Notes under the pieces: model-generated
Database searches by the model: none
The model's input: only the letters and a program-made list of their open reading frames with translations
Told to the model about the DNA's origin: nothing
Shown: positions 9,186-18,868 of the stretch, piece after piece
Layout of the letters: the number at the start of each line of letters is the position of its first letter
Numbering within the stretch: the stretch's first letter is position 1
Assembly (NCBI GenBank): GCA_900772775.1
Contig: CAAGRW010000151.1
Span: 1-49,717 of the forward strand
Origin: Candidatus Rifleibacteriota bacterium
GTDB taxonomy: Bacteria; Vulcanimicrobiota; Xenobia; Xenobiales; Xenobiaceae
Direction: 5' to 3'
Length of the DNA: 49,717 bases
Made by a program: the position numbers and the translations under genes

Positions 9186-12100
9186 TTAAGCCAGAGCATT
9201 ATCGGACATACCAAAGATTTCGTGCGATCCACTGCTGTGCACTTGCTCTTGTTCTTCCACCGAGCGGATCTCAATCTCACGTCCGTTGGAGCCCAGAATC
9301 TTAACATCCAGGGCCAAACTCTGCAATTCCTTGATGAGTACTTTGAAGGACTCAGGAACGCCGGGTTCGAGAACATTTTCACCCTTAACAATGGCTTCGT
9401 AAGTCTTGACACGACCCAAAACATCGTCGGACTTAACAGTGAGAAGCTCTTGGAGGGTATAAGCAGCACCGTAAGCTTCGAGGGCCCAGACTTCCATTTC
9501 ACCGAAGCGCTGACCGCCGAACTGGGCTTTACCACCCAAAGGCTGCTGAGTAATCAAGCTGTAAGGGCCGGTGGAACGAGCGTGAATCTTGTCATCCACC
9601 AAGTGGGCCAACTTGAGCATGTAGATCTGACCGACAGTGACGCGACCATCGTAGGGCTCACCAGTACGTCCATCGTAAAGAACGGTCTTGCCATCTACGA
9701 CAACGTGTCTGCGATAGAGCTCGATATAAGCCGCGATTTCGCGAATTTGCTCTAAGCTGTAGTGTTTACGGTGACCGATAAGGACTTCGCCCAAACGGTC
9801 TTCCAAGCTGCGCTCACGCAAAACTTGATTTACTTCGTTGATATCAACGTCGTAACCGCGCAATTCTTTGATGATAGCAGCAGCTAATTGATTTTCAGGA
9901 GTCTCATCGATAATCTTCTTGAGCTCTTGAGTAGTGTAGATAAGCTTGGTCTTATTCTTGATGAACTCTTGCAAACGAGAAATGCGGCTGGGCTCATCTA
10001 AGACGTAAACCAACTCTTCGGTATTGAGATAAACACCTTTGCGCTGCAAGTCAGCTTGCAAATTGGCGGTGTTCATCACATAACGAAGCTCCTCTTCGGA
10101 AGCGGAGTCGAAAACGGGGACTTCCACACGGAAGCGAGGCTTACCGGGATCGGAAAGCATGGCCATAGCCAAGCCCAAGTGAGTCTCCAAAATCTGACCG
10201 ATGTTCATACGAGAAGGTACACCCAAGGGGTTCAGAACGATCTGAACGGGAGTGCCATCGGGCAAATAAGGCATATCCTCGATAGGCATAACGCGAGAGA
10301 CTACACCCTTGTTACCGTGACGTCCGGCCATCTTGTCGCCTTGCATAATTTTACGCTTCTGAGCGACATAAACGCGCACTAACTTATTGACACCGGGCTT
10401 AAGATCGGTAGACTTCTTGCCGCCATTTTCTTCGTCATCGCGGTTAAAGACCTTAACGTCGATAACTTTACCCTTTTGGCCGTGAGGCACTTTGAGGGAA
10501 GTATCACGCACGTCGCGGGCTTTTTCGCCGAAAATAGCTCGGAGCAAGCGCTCCTCGGCAGTAAGTTCAGTCTCACCTTTAGGAGTGACTTTACCGACCA
10601 AGATGTCTTCGGTGTTGACCTCGGCACCGATACGGACGATACCGTTTTCGTCGAGATCTTTAAGAGCGTCTTCGCCTACGCTGGGAATATCGCGAGTAAT
10701 TTCCTCGGCACCGAGCTTGGTGTCGCGGGCTTCGCACTCATGCTCTTCAATGTGAATAGAGGTGAATACGTCGTCGCGGGCCACTTCTTCGCTAAGCAAA
10801 ATAGCGTCTTCGTAGTTGTAGCCTTCCCAAGGCATAAATGCTACCAAAACGTTACGACCCAAAGCCAACTCTCCGTTTACGGAAGAGGCGCCATCAGCCA
10901 AAACGCTGCGCACATCAACGCGCTGTCCCAAGCTCACGGCAGGACGCTGGTTAATGCAAGTACCAGCGTTGGAGCGCTTAAACTTGCGCAAATGGTAGAC
11001 GTGCTCTTGACCAAGTTCATCGGTGACCGTGACGGCAGTAGCGGATACTGCGCTGACATAGCCTTTGTGTTTGGAAACAACCAAAGCGCCAGAGTCGGTA
11101 GCAGCTCTGTATTCCATACCGGTACCTACGATAGGAGCCTGAGGAGAGAGCAAAGGTACAGCTTGGCGCTGCATGTTAGCACCCATGAGGGCTCGGTTGG
11201 CGTCGTCGTGCTCCAAGAAGGGAATCAAAGCCGTAGCTACAGAGACGATTTGCTTAGGAGTTACGTCCATGAAGTCGACTTCTTCACGAGCAACAACCGT
11301 AGTCTCTTTCTTACCGCGTTTGCGACGAACTACTACACGGTCGTCAATGATATTGCTGCGCTCGTCGAGGCGAGTATTGGCCTGACAAATTACATATTCG
11401 TCTTCTACATCGGCGTCTTGGTATTGAATCTCGTCGGTAACGTGTACACGCACGGGAACCTTAACGTCTTGAGCTAACAACTCGTCATAATCGCGGCGTT
11501 CAATAATGTCTCCGCTGTGGAAAACAGCGCCGGTGCTGGGATTGGTAACATCGGCAGAGAGAACCAAGTTGACTTTGCGGTAAGGAGCTTCAATGAAACC
11601 GAAGGAATTGACTCGGCCATAAGTAGCCAAGGAGCCGATCAAACCGATGTTGGGACCTTCAGGAGTTTCAATAGGACAAATACGGCCATAGTGAGAGTCG
11701 TGTACATCACGGACTTCGAAGCCGGCGCGTTCACGAGAGAGACCGCCAGGGCCCAAAGCTGACAGACGACGTTTGTGAGTAAGCTCGGCCAGCATGTTGG
11801 TTTGATCCATAAACTGGGAGAGCTGGGAAGATCCGAAGAATTCTTTGATAGCAGCGGTTACGGGGCGAGTGTTGATAAGCAACTGAGGAGTAATAGTCTC
11901 CACATCTTGCACGGACATGCGCTCACGCACTACGCGCTCTAAACGAAGTAAACCGACGCGGAACTGATTTTGAAGCAGTTCGCCTACGCCACGAATACGA
12001 CGATTGCCCAAGTGGTCAATATCGTCATGTTTTACCAAGACATCAAAGCTATCTTCACTGTCAGCTTTGAGCTTCATAACGCCATTTTCAACATAGAGAT

Positions 12101-13157
12101 GGAGACCCTCGTCCAAAGAGACGGTGGGCTCTTTCTCATCCTGACGGCGATAAGCATCAGCCTTCATTAAGGCCAATACGTAACGAATGGCAGCGACGAC
12201 ATCATCTTTACTAAGGATGGAAGGATACTCCAAGTGTTTGCCACACTCGCAGCAATCTTCTTTATCGGGCATGTTGTAAGCACCACAATGGGTACAAACA
12301 ATTTTGCGTCCTAATTTGCGAGCCAAACGATAGCTACCTACTCTGGCTAAATCGTAGCGTTTGCGCTCGAAGAATAAATTGTTCAACAACGTACGGGCAC
12401 TCTCTTGAGAGGGCTGCTCGCCGGGACGCTGTTTTTTGTAAATTTCTAACAGAGCGTCTTCAACGGTCTCTACAGAATCTTTGGCGAGAGTATTCTCGAG
12501 CAAAGGCTCGCCATTAAAGAGGGCTCTGATATCGTCATCACTCTCGTACTCTAAAGCGCGCAGCAACACGGTAGCGGGCAACTTGCGGGCCTTATCGATG
12601 CGCACATAAATGATACCGGCAGTGTCGGTTTCAAATTCCATCCAAGCGCCGCGGTTAGGAATAACTACGGCAGACCAAGTGGAATGGCCGGTATTAGGAT
12701 CTTCGTGATGCTGATAGTAGATACCCGGAGAACGTACCAACTGACTAACGATAACACGCTCGGCGCCGTTGATAATGAACGTTCCTTGCTCGGTCATGGC
12801 AGGGAAATCGCCAATAAAAATCTCTTGTTCCCTGGCTTCGCGTACTTCGCCATTTTCTTTGGTAGTTAAGCGAACTTTAACTTTTAAAGGATAGGCGTAA
12901 GTGGCATCTTTGTCACGGCACGTTTCAACCGATTGGGGCGGTTCGTCTAATTTATGCTCAAGGAATTCCAGCACTAAGTTGCCGGTAAAGTCCTCGATTG
13001 GAGATATATCTTTAAAGGTATCGTCCATACCTTTTTGTAAAAAGCGGCTGTAAGACGAGCGCTGGAGCTCAATTAAGTAAGGGAGCTCCATAACCGGCGG
13101 AATTTTTTGGAAAGATATACGCCCTGTGGCCTCGTTCTTGTGTCGAAGAAACGACAT
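9186..13157 (-). CDS. rpoB: DNA-directed RNA polymerase subunit beta, with lineage-specific insertions including a zinc ribbon
   Basis: Hallmark motifs are present: [53 protein letters not shown], and [20 protein letters not shown]. The start was moved to the ATG at 13157 (MSFLRHK), which has a GAGGAGGA SD. Confidence 0.97.
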   Translation of the reverse strand: MSFLRHKNEATGRISFQKIPPVMELPYLIELQRSSYSRFLQKGMDDTFKDISPIEDFTGNLVLEFLEHKLDEPPQSVETCRDKDATYAYPLKVKVRLTTKENGEVREAREQEIFIGDFPAMTEQGTFIINGAERVIVSQLVRSPGIYYQHHEDPNTGHSTWSAVVIPNRGAWMEFETDTAGIIYVRIDKARKLPATVLLRALEYESDDDIRALFNGEPLLENTLAKDSVETVEDALLEIYKKQRPGEQPSQESARTLLNNLFFERKRYDLARVGSYRLARKLGRKIVCTHCGAYNMPDKEDCCECGKHLEYPSILSKDDVVAAIRYVLALMKADAYRRQDEKEPTVSLDEGLHLYVENGVMKLKADSEDSFDVLVKHDDIDHLGNRRIRGVGELLQNQFRVGLLRLERVVRERMSVQDVETITPQLLINTRPVTAAIKEFFGSSQLSQFMDQTNMLAELTHKRRLSALGPGGLSRERAGFEVRDVHDSHYGRICPIETPEGPNIGLIGSLATYGRVNSFGFIEAPYRKVNLVLSADVTNPSTGAVFHSGDIIERRDYDELLAQDVKVPVRVHVTDEIQYQDADVEDEYVICQANTRLDERSNIIDDRVVVRRKRGKKETTVVAREEVDFMDVTPKQIVSVATALIPFLEHDDANRALMGANMQRQAVPLLSPQAPIVGTGMEYRAATDSGALVVSKHKGYVSAVSATAVTVTDELGQEHVYHLRKFKRSNAGTCINQRPAVSLGQRVDVRSVLADGASSVNGELALGRNVLVAFMPWEGYNYEDAILLSEEVARDDVFTSIHIEEHECEARDTKLGAEEITRDIPSVGEDALKDLDENGIVRIGAEVNTEDILVGKVTPKGETELTAEERLLRAIFGEKARDVRDTSLKVPHGQKGKVIDVKVFNRDDEENGGKKSTDLKPGVNKLVRVYVAQKRKIMQGDKMAGRHGNKGVVSRVMPIEDMPYLPDGTPVQIVLNPLGVPSRMNIGQILETHLGLAMAMLSDPGKPRFRVEVPVFDSASEEELRYVMNTANLQADLQRKGVYLNTEELVYVLDEPSRISRLQEFIKNKTKLIYTTQELKKIIDETPENQLAAAIIKELRGYDVDINEVNQVLRERSLEDRLGEVLIGHRKHYSLEQIREIAAYIELYRRHVVVDGKTVLYDGRTGEPYDGRVTVGQIYMLKLAHLVDDKIHARSTGPYSLITQQPLGGKAQFGGQRFGEMEVWALEAYGAAYTLQELLTVKSDDVLGRVKTYEAIVKGENVLEPGVPESFKVLIKELQSLALDVKILGSNGREIEIRSVEEQEQVHSSGSHEIFGMSDNALA

Positions 13158-13755
13158 TCGAGAAGATCCTCCTCTGCGCAATTAGCTGACATATTCCCCA
13201 TGCCCAAAGGTAGAGGATTCTTAGATACAAACGAACTTTGCTTCCACTAAGCAGACTGCACAAGTTCTCTCTAAATAGATGATGCCCCATCTATGTACAA
13301 ATATACGAATTCTTTGCGCCCTATTTTTCTGCTTACAATGGCAGACCATATACGGCGTCTTAGCTGAATATGTTGTGGGAACAGACCGCTTCCTCGACCA
13401 ACTGCAGCAAAGCAAAATTGCTACGCCACAAGGTTGCCGATGGCAGCAGTTTTAGCTTATTCCTACGCAAAGAAAGAACAAAAAGAGCGCACACCGACAC
13501 TTCGCCAGTGCGTAAGCTCCTTAGCTATCCCCTTTTATAGAACTTTTCAAGCAAAACTTGTTCCGAGTCTTATCAATACTCAACCCAAACTGATCGGCTT
13601 AAAGACCGATCTCGCGGGGGCTTAACAGCCCCACGAGGGGATTTTGACCCTCTATCGCGCATGATATAATACAACAATAAGATAGTAAAGTCAAGTTTAG
13701 AAAAACTCCCGCCTGTTCTTTAGCTGATTCTTCAAGCCGAGCCACTTAAAAAAAC

Positions 13756-13784
13756 TGGTTTCTAATTAGCTTTTTTGTTATAAT
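13756..13784 (+). promoter_or_regulatory. Candidate extended -10 promoter for the gapR-like gene
   Basis: TGTTATAAT (TGnTATAAT) lies at 13776-13784, with a weak -35 (TGGTTT) 17 nt upstream. It is about 45 nt upstream of the ATG at 13830. Confidence 0.4.
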
Positions 13785-13829
13785 GCCCCGGCAACTTAAA
13801 CGAATTGAAACGCTTTTGGAGGAACAAAA

Positions 13830-14093
13830 ATGGAACCAGATGCCAAACTTGAAGCCATTGTCGAGCGTATTGAAGCTTTGGAAGAAGAGAAAGCCGGCAT
13901 AGCTCAAGATATCAAAGATGTATACGCCGAAGCTAAAATCGAAGGATTCGATGTTAAAGTTTTGCGTCGCATTATTAGCTTGCGCAAACTTGAGCCTCAA
14001 GAGAGAGAAGAGCAAGAAAGTTTGTTAACTCTCTACATGCAAGCTTTAGGCATGTATAGCAACGCTCACAACAAACCCGAAGCGACAAAGTAA
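13830..14093 (+). CDS. gapR: GapR-like DUF2312 family DNA-binding protein
   Basis: 87 aa; GGAGGA SD. The segment [68 protein letters not shown] aligns closely with my recollection of Caulobacter GapR ([43 protein letters not shown]...RQEEDAILDLYLSAIG). Confidence 0.85.
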   Translation: MEPDAKLEAIVERIEALEEEKAGIAQDIKDVYAEAKIEGFDVKVLRRIISLRKLEPQEREEQESLLTLYMQALGMYSNAHNKPEATK

Positions 14094-14200
14094 CCCGTTA
14101 TTTTGCGGCTTGTAGAAATTGTGCTCCCCTTTTGTCTATACATTTCTCGAGCATTGACAAGCCGCAAAATATGGATATAATAGCCCAAGCATAGTTATGT

Positions 14201-14277
14201 CGAGGCGTAGCGCAGCCTGGCAGCGCGCAACGTTCGGGACGTTGAGGTCGGAGGTTCAAATCCTCTCGCCTCGACCA
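14201..14277 (+). tRNA. tRNA-Pro (anticodon CGG), CCA encoded
   Basis: Hand-folded cloverleaf: acceptor CGAGGCG/CGCCTCG, D-arm GCGC-AGCCTGGCA-GCGC, anticodon arm CAACG-TTCGGGA-CGTTG (anticodon CGG), variable loop AGGTC, T-arm GGAGG-TTCAAAT-CCTCT, discriminator A, then CCA. Total 77 nt. Confidence 0.92.
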
Positions 14278-14293
14278 TACAGCGGATAGAGAG

Positions 14294-14329
14294 CCGGTCA
14301 GCCATTAGGGGCTGATTGGTTCTTTTTTT
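14294..14329 (+). terminator. Rho-independent terminator after tRNA-Pro
   Basis: CCGGTCAGCC and GGCTGATTGG form a 10-bp stem with two G-U pairs. The loop is 6 nt, followed by TTCTTTTTTT. Confidence 0.75.
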
Positions 14330-14454
14330 ATGGCAATAAATTTACAAAAAGAGCCCCCTAGCCCCATTCCGATACTAGCCAAAAACGGCGCACACTTTTC
14401 GTTGCTCAATAAAATAATATTGATAGATACTTATTCAGAGTCCATCAGTTCAAA

Positions 14455-15360
14455 CTAAACCTGAACATCAATAACTTCTTCAGGATTGACAGTCTCAAAA
14501 TTGCGATGTTTGGCCGGCAACAACTCCAGCAAACGACGCAAAATTTGCAAACGGAATGGAGCGGTATCTTCAATAATTCTATGCTCAAAAGGACGAACGG
14601 CCGTTTTTATATAAGGCCCTACAATATCTTCTATTTGACTAAAGCGAACCACAACATTTTCCGGCTCTCCAGCTGGAAAACGTCCAAAAATAAGACGTCC
14701 TGGCTTGCTCAAAACTACTGCGTCAATATCCGGCAACACAGTAGGCTCCATCTCTGTCCAGAAAATCGAGCGAAATATTTGTTGACGAGACAATTTATTG
14801 CGCATTAAAACGATACGCGGCACATAAATTCCGCGTCCTTCGTAGCGCTTAGTCAACTGAGAGCGGGCATTGGCGTAACGCCACATGGCATCCATTTGCT
14901 CCATAGGGAAATAGTGAGGTAATTCATCGTCACCCATAGACATGCGATGAATAGTGCGCTTATTTTGCTCATTCCACAGGACTTGCAACTGAGCTCCGTC
15001 TGGCTTTTCAATTACCTGACCGTTGGGAGTATAGATCCAGTATTTAGTCTGTTTGGCAAATTGAGCCAGAATGGGCATGCTTTCACGAGCGATAAAAGTA
15101 GGGCAAACACAAGGAACACTGACACTCAAGCCGGTTTCGTAGGCGCTGAAATTGATAACTCCGGGACTGGGCGTTTTGCAAGTAAATTCAAACGAGACCA
15201 GAGTTTCTGGATTGATATATTCAGCGCTCCATAAAGCCCCTCTAGCTCCTCCTTCGGTAATTTCGATATGAGGAGAAATAGCAGCCACTTTTTCTTTTAA
15301 TTCTTCCGGAGTGGGACGCGGATCTGCCGTTGAGACCAAGAAATCCATATCAAAACCCAA
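14455..15360 (-). CDS. Hypothetical protein with no recognised domain
   Basis: Long ORF with normal codon usage. The best start is the TTG at 15360, which lies 8 nt downstream of a GGAGG. The ORF track extends to 15378. No signal peptide and no motif I recognise. Confidence 0.6.
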   Translation of the reverse strand: MGFDMDFLVSTADPRPTPEELKEKVAAISPHIEITEGGARGALWSAEYINPETLVSFEFTCKTPSPGVINFSAYETGLSVSVPCVCPTFIARESMPILAQFAKQTKYWIYTPNGQVIEKPDGAQLQVLWNEQNKRTIHRMSMGDDELPHYFPMEQMDAMWRYANARSQLTKRYEGRGIYVPRIVLMRNKLSRQQIFRSIFWTEMEPTVLPDIDAVVLSKPGRLIFGRFPAGEPENVVVRFSQIEDIVGPYIKTAVRPFEHRIIEDTAPFRLQILRRLLELLPAKHRNFETVNPEEVIDVQV

Positions 15361-15584
15361 AACGCGTACCTCCGGCAACTTAGACCCTGTCTATTTTTAA
15401 TAACCTTTTGTTTTTTATTAATATTAACCTCCCGTCTGGAACAAGCAGACATAAAAAATAGCCTATAGAATGGGCTATGTTAAGCGTCTAAGCTTTCCAA
15501 AAGAAGGGCCAGAGCCAAAAGGACAAGAAACTTAAGCCTAATTAGTTAGTATAAAATACGTCAGCCTTCAAGAGGTGGAAAGAT

Positions 15585-16718
15585 ATGACTGCTTTTAATT
15601 GCAAAAAGTATTTATCTATTGTTGGAGCTTTAGCTTTACTTTGTACAGGTGCTTCGCTCTCTCCAGCTCAAGCGGAAAATAGCGAAACCGGCGGCAGCGT
15701 CACCGTCTATCAAGCTACAGAAGCAGCCCCCGAGCAAGAGACTCAAAAAGCAGAAATTACTGAAACTTCTTCCTCTACTGTTGATAATTCCGCCTCAGCC
15801 AACTCAGATTCGGAGTACACTGACGCGGCCGCTCCCATATTTGATATGCGCGGAGATGATGGCGTATTGAAAGATTTCCGTCCCAGTGCTTTATCTTTTA
15901 TTAGTCGCAACCGTATTTTAGTATGCGATGAAAATAGTCAACAAATGCACATTTTCGATACCGAAGGGCGACGTTTTCGTCGTCTGGAAGTGCCCCGCAC
16001 TTTCCCTCAGCCGCGCTACACCGGTTTGTGCAACCTTGAAGACGGAAAATTTTTCGTTGTAGGTAGTCACCACCATGTCAACAATAATGTGCGCTACCTC
16101 TGGGCTAGAGGCGTACTCCATTATTATGAGTTGCGCGGCGAACGTTTCACTGATAACTCGGCGGCCAACAACTACGATCCGGAGATGGCTTGGCGCAATA
16201 CAGGATATTTTGGCGAAAATGCTCAGCAGCGTTTAAAAGTTGAAGGTATAGCTTGCAATCCTATCGACGACGCTCTTTACTTTGCTCTTTCCCAACCGGT
16301 CAATAAAGATGAAAGCGTAATTATTTATAAAGCTTCACTCAACCAAATTATTGAGCGCAAGAAAAAAATCAATTTTGAAGTCTTAAAAACTAACTTAAAG
16401 CCAGGCTTGGACAGTTCACTCAACGAGCCTTTTGTTCTGACCGATATTTACTACGTACAAGATAAAGGTTTGCTCTTCCTTTTGTCTTCAAAAACTCCAG
16501 ACGAAAGATTTAGCGGTACCAGTCAAGTGTGGTATCAGCCTGACGGCTCAGAAGAAGCTCGTTTAGTAGCTGACAATATTGCTCCAGGCAACTTTGCTTC
16601 TGGTTTGGCAGCTTATAAAGTGGGCGACAATTACAATATCGGTATAGTGTTTGATAATAACCCAGCCCAAAATGACACCCCTTCGCGCTTTTTGTTACTG
16701 GAGGATGTATCTTTTTAA
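15585..16718 (+). CDS. Secreted hypothetical protein: signal peptide, S/T/E-rich linker, globular domain
   Basis: GAGGTGGA SD. The N-terminus MTAFNCKKYLSIVGALALLCTGASLSPAQA-EN looks like a Sec signal with an AQA cleavage site. The linker is low complexity. The C-terminal ~280 aa has a beta-rich composition and an unknown fold. Confidence 0.65.
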   Translation: MTAFNCKKYLSIVGALALLCTGASLSPAQAENSETGGSVTVYQATEAAPEQETQKAEITETSSSTVDNSASANSDSEYTDAAAPIFDMRGDDGVLKDFRPSALSFISRNRILVCDENSQQMHIFDTEGRRFRRLEVPRTFPQPRYTGLCNLEDGKFFVVGSHHHVNNNVRYLWARGVLHYYELRGERFTDNSAANNYDPEMAWRNTGYFGENAQQRLKVEGIACNPIDDALYFALSQPVNKDESVIIYKASLNQIIERKKKINFEVLKTNLKPGLDSSLNEPFVLTDIYYVQDKGLLFLLSSKTPDERFSGTSQVWYQPDGSEEARLVADNIAPGNFASGLAAYKVGDNYNIGIVFDNNPAQNDTPSRFLLLEDVSF

Positions 16719-16755
16719 CGGAACTAAGCTTCTGGGGAGTTAGAATAAAAAAAAT

Positions 16756-17298
16756 ATGAGCAGAGACGATTTGGAATTTTTGCCAGAATCTGGCCAGGAA
16801 TGGTATGCCCCTAAAGGGTTGCGTTTTACTTGCCAACGCTGTGGGCGTTGCTGTTCCGGCCCTTCTGGAATAGTACAATGCACAGACAAAGAAGCCAAAG
16901 CCATGGCCAAAGAATTGCAAATGGACTGGAAAGAATTTTTGCATTCTGTAGTTTGTCGCTATAAAAGGAAATTCTATGTCAAAGAAGTCGAATGCAAATA
17001 TGGCTTTGATTGCGTATTGTTAGAGCGCGACGAAAAAAATGCTCAAGCTCCCACAGGATGTATGGTAAGGAACTCACGTCCCATACAGTGTCGCACCTGG
17101 CCATTTTGGCCGGAAGTAGTATTTTCACCAAAAACTTGGCGTTTAGCGGCCAAACGCTGCCCGGGTGTGGGTGTAGGTGAATGGCACAGCGTCGAGGAAA
17201 TACGTGAAAAAGTCGCTTTAACTTCCGATCCTACGGACGCTCCTCCGGAAGAGATGGTTCTGACAGTCCGCTTGCAACGCCGCACAAGCGGAAGTTAA
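16756..17298 (+). CDS. YkgJ-family cysteine-cluster (CxxCxxCC) zinc/iron-chelating domain protein
   Basis: The motif FTCQRCGRCCSG (CxxCxxCC) lies near the N-terminus and a later Cys cluster (CRTWPFWP) is typical of the UPF0153/YkgJ family. 180 aa. Confidence 0.7.
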   Translation: MSRDDLEFLPESGQEWYAPKGLRFTCQRCGRCCSGPSGIVQCTDKEAKAMAKELQMDWKEFLHSVVCRYKRKFYVKEVECKYGFDCVLLERDEKNAQAPTGCMVRNSRPIQCRTWPFWPEVVFSPKTWRLAAKRCPGVGVGEWHSVEEIREKVALTSDPTDAPPEEMVLTVRLQRRTSGS

Positions 17299-17304
17299 AG
17301 TTGA

Positions 17305-17682
17305 CTAGTTCTTGTACCAAATTTTTTTGGCGTCTATCGATCTATCCCAATCACGTCCACCATGCACAGTGATGAGCGAGCCTTTCTTTATGTCATTAAA
17401 AAATTCGATCCAAGGCACCTTTTCATAGCGAAATTCTCCATCATCGGGATTGGGATTGACACGCTTCATAAGTTCAGTGTTGTACTTAACATAAACCCAA
17501 TTTTGACGGCGATTGGGGTTGGCTTCAAGTTCAGCAATACCTAAGCGCTGCTCAGCTTTATCAACAACGACTACTCTGTATTCGCCAGTTGTGAGAATAA
17601 TTTGAGCTTGAGCACTTTTCATGCACCCCAATCCCATGATAATTGCAGCCAAAATGACTAAATATTTAGTTATTTTTTTCAT
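17305..17682 (-). CDS. Small secreted hypothetical protein
   Basis: GCGGAG SD. The N-terminus MKKITKYLVILAAIIMGLGCMKSAQA is signal-peptide-like. 125 aa with no recognised domain. Confidence 0.6.
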   Translation of the reverse strand: MKKITKYLVILAAIIMGLGCMKSAQAQIILTTGEYRVVVVDKAEQRLGIAELEANPNRRQNWVYVKYNTELMKRVNPNPDDGEFRYEKVPWIEFFNDIKKGSLITVHGGRDWDRSIDAKKIWYKN

Positions 17683-17885
17683 TTTTACTCCGCTTCTGTA
17701 GTGTATTTTAAAGTGTGAAAGGAGATTTCACGCCTTTTGTTTCGGGCAATTTTTATTTTAGCTACCGGAGGCAACATTTTTCGCCGCCTCAGCGGCACTC
17801 TTCCTCCTAGCAGGATTTGAGCACCAAAATCTCGCAACCTATAGGTGAGTATTTTGTTGGTAAATTTTAGAGGCGGTGTGTTTTT

Positions 17886-18359
17886 ATGGCAAATTATCCT
17901 TGTGCAGAATGCGGCAATATGGTGGAGACAAAAGGCATAGGCACCTGTCCGAAATGCGGTTGTAAAAAGCCATTTAAATGCAGTAAGTGTGGCAAACAAA
18001 TCGGTCTGGATTTCGTTTACAAGCCAGAAAAGCTCACTTTTAGCGGCAAGCCGCTTTACTGTTTGGACTGTGGATCCGATGTGGAACAAGTCCCCTGTGC
18101 TCGCTGTGGCAAAACTTTAATTCGTTCTACCGGAGTAGAGCGACCGATAGATGGAGTGATCAAAGTTTATCACAAAGAATGTCTCGAACAGCAGAGCAAA
18201 ATTTATACTTTTGTAATGCCTATTATTGTAATTGTAGGTGCTATCACTTTTGGCTACGCTTCTTGGATGCTTGTACACGCCTGGTACGGCTTATTAGTAG
18301 GTATCATACTCGGAGCAGGTATAGGCAAAGCTGCAGCCGACAAGTTCTTACCCAACTAA
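17886..18359 (+). CDS. Multi-zinc-ribbon protein with a C-terminal membrane anchor
   Basis: Three CxxC...CxxC pairs are present (CAECG..CPKCG, CSKCG..CLDCG, CARCG). Two hydrophobic helices lie at the C-terminus (FVMPIIVIVGAITFGYASWMLV, LLVGIILGAGIG). 157 aa. Confidence 0.6.
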   Translation: MANYPCAECGNMVETKGIGTCPKCGCKKPFKCSKCGKQIGLDFVYKPEKLTFSGKPLYCLDCGSDVEQVPCARCGKTLIRSTGVERPIDGVIKVYHKECLEQQSKIYTFVMPIIVIVGAITFGYASWMLVHAWYGLLVGIILGAGIGKAAADKFLPN

Positions 18360-18450
18360 GAGAAACAAGCTATATCAATTCATACAAAAAGCCGCAGTCG
18401 ACTAAATTTTTAGTTGAAACTGCGGCTTTTAACTTTGTAGTAAAAATACA

Positions 18451-18756
18451 CTAGGCGGTAAAAAGCTTAGGCACAAAACCTAGGCAATGGAGTCTAGAAA
18501 TCGATTCTTGGAAATATTCTTCTGTGCCCGGCTCCAATTCTTCCCAGGCATAAGTAAAGACACTTTCAGCAGAGCCCAGCTTGCGTCTTACTCGGCGCGG
18601 AGTATTAAAATATTCGGTCAAGCGCCGGTTTAAGCCCACATCGGGACAATCAACTTTTATGCCATTTTCACTATCGAAGCTCACGGTGCCTAAAGGGAAT
18701 TCCCCCAACTTGCGTCCGTCACGAGCCATGACTAAAGGATACAAAACATAATCCAC
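18451..18756 (-). CDS. Small hypothetical protein
   Basis: 101-aa ORF. The GTG start at 18756 has a GAAAGG about 10 nt upstream. An alternative ATG at 18729 lacks an SD. No recognised motif. Confidence 0.45.
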   Translation of the reverse strand: MDYVLYPLVMARDGRKLGEFPLGTVSFDSENGIKVDCPDVGLNRRLTEYFNTPRRVRRKLGSAESVFTYAWEELEPGTEEYFQESISRLHCLGFVPKLFTA

Positions 18757-18868
18757 AGCTCATAAACCTTTCATAAATTTGCAACTTTCGTTATCAAAAA
18801 GAGACAACTCTACCCTATCTATTTTAACTCTCTATAAAAAAAGACGAAGGGCTTCAGCTCAAAAACAT

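Noticed and set aside
13392-13400. A 9-nt match (CCTCGACCA) to the 3-prime end of tRNA-Pro, about 800 bp upstream of the tRNA, considered as a possible att repeat bounding a gapR-containing islet.
   Set aside because: The match is too short, and it lies on the wrong side. Elements integrated at a tRNA leave the partial repeat downstream of the tRNA 3-prime end. No integrase is present either.
17685-18089. 134-aa minus-strand ORF overlapping the start of the zinc-ribbon membrane protein gene.
   Set aside because: It overlaps a better-supported plus-strand gene with CxxC pairs and TM helices. It has no SD and an odd composition.
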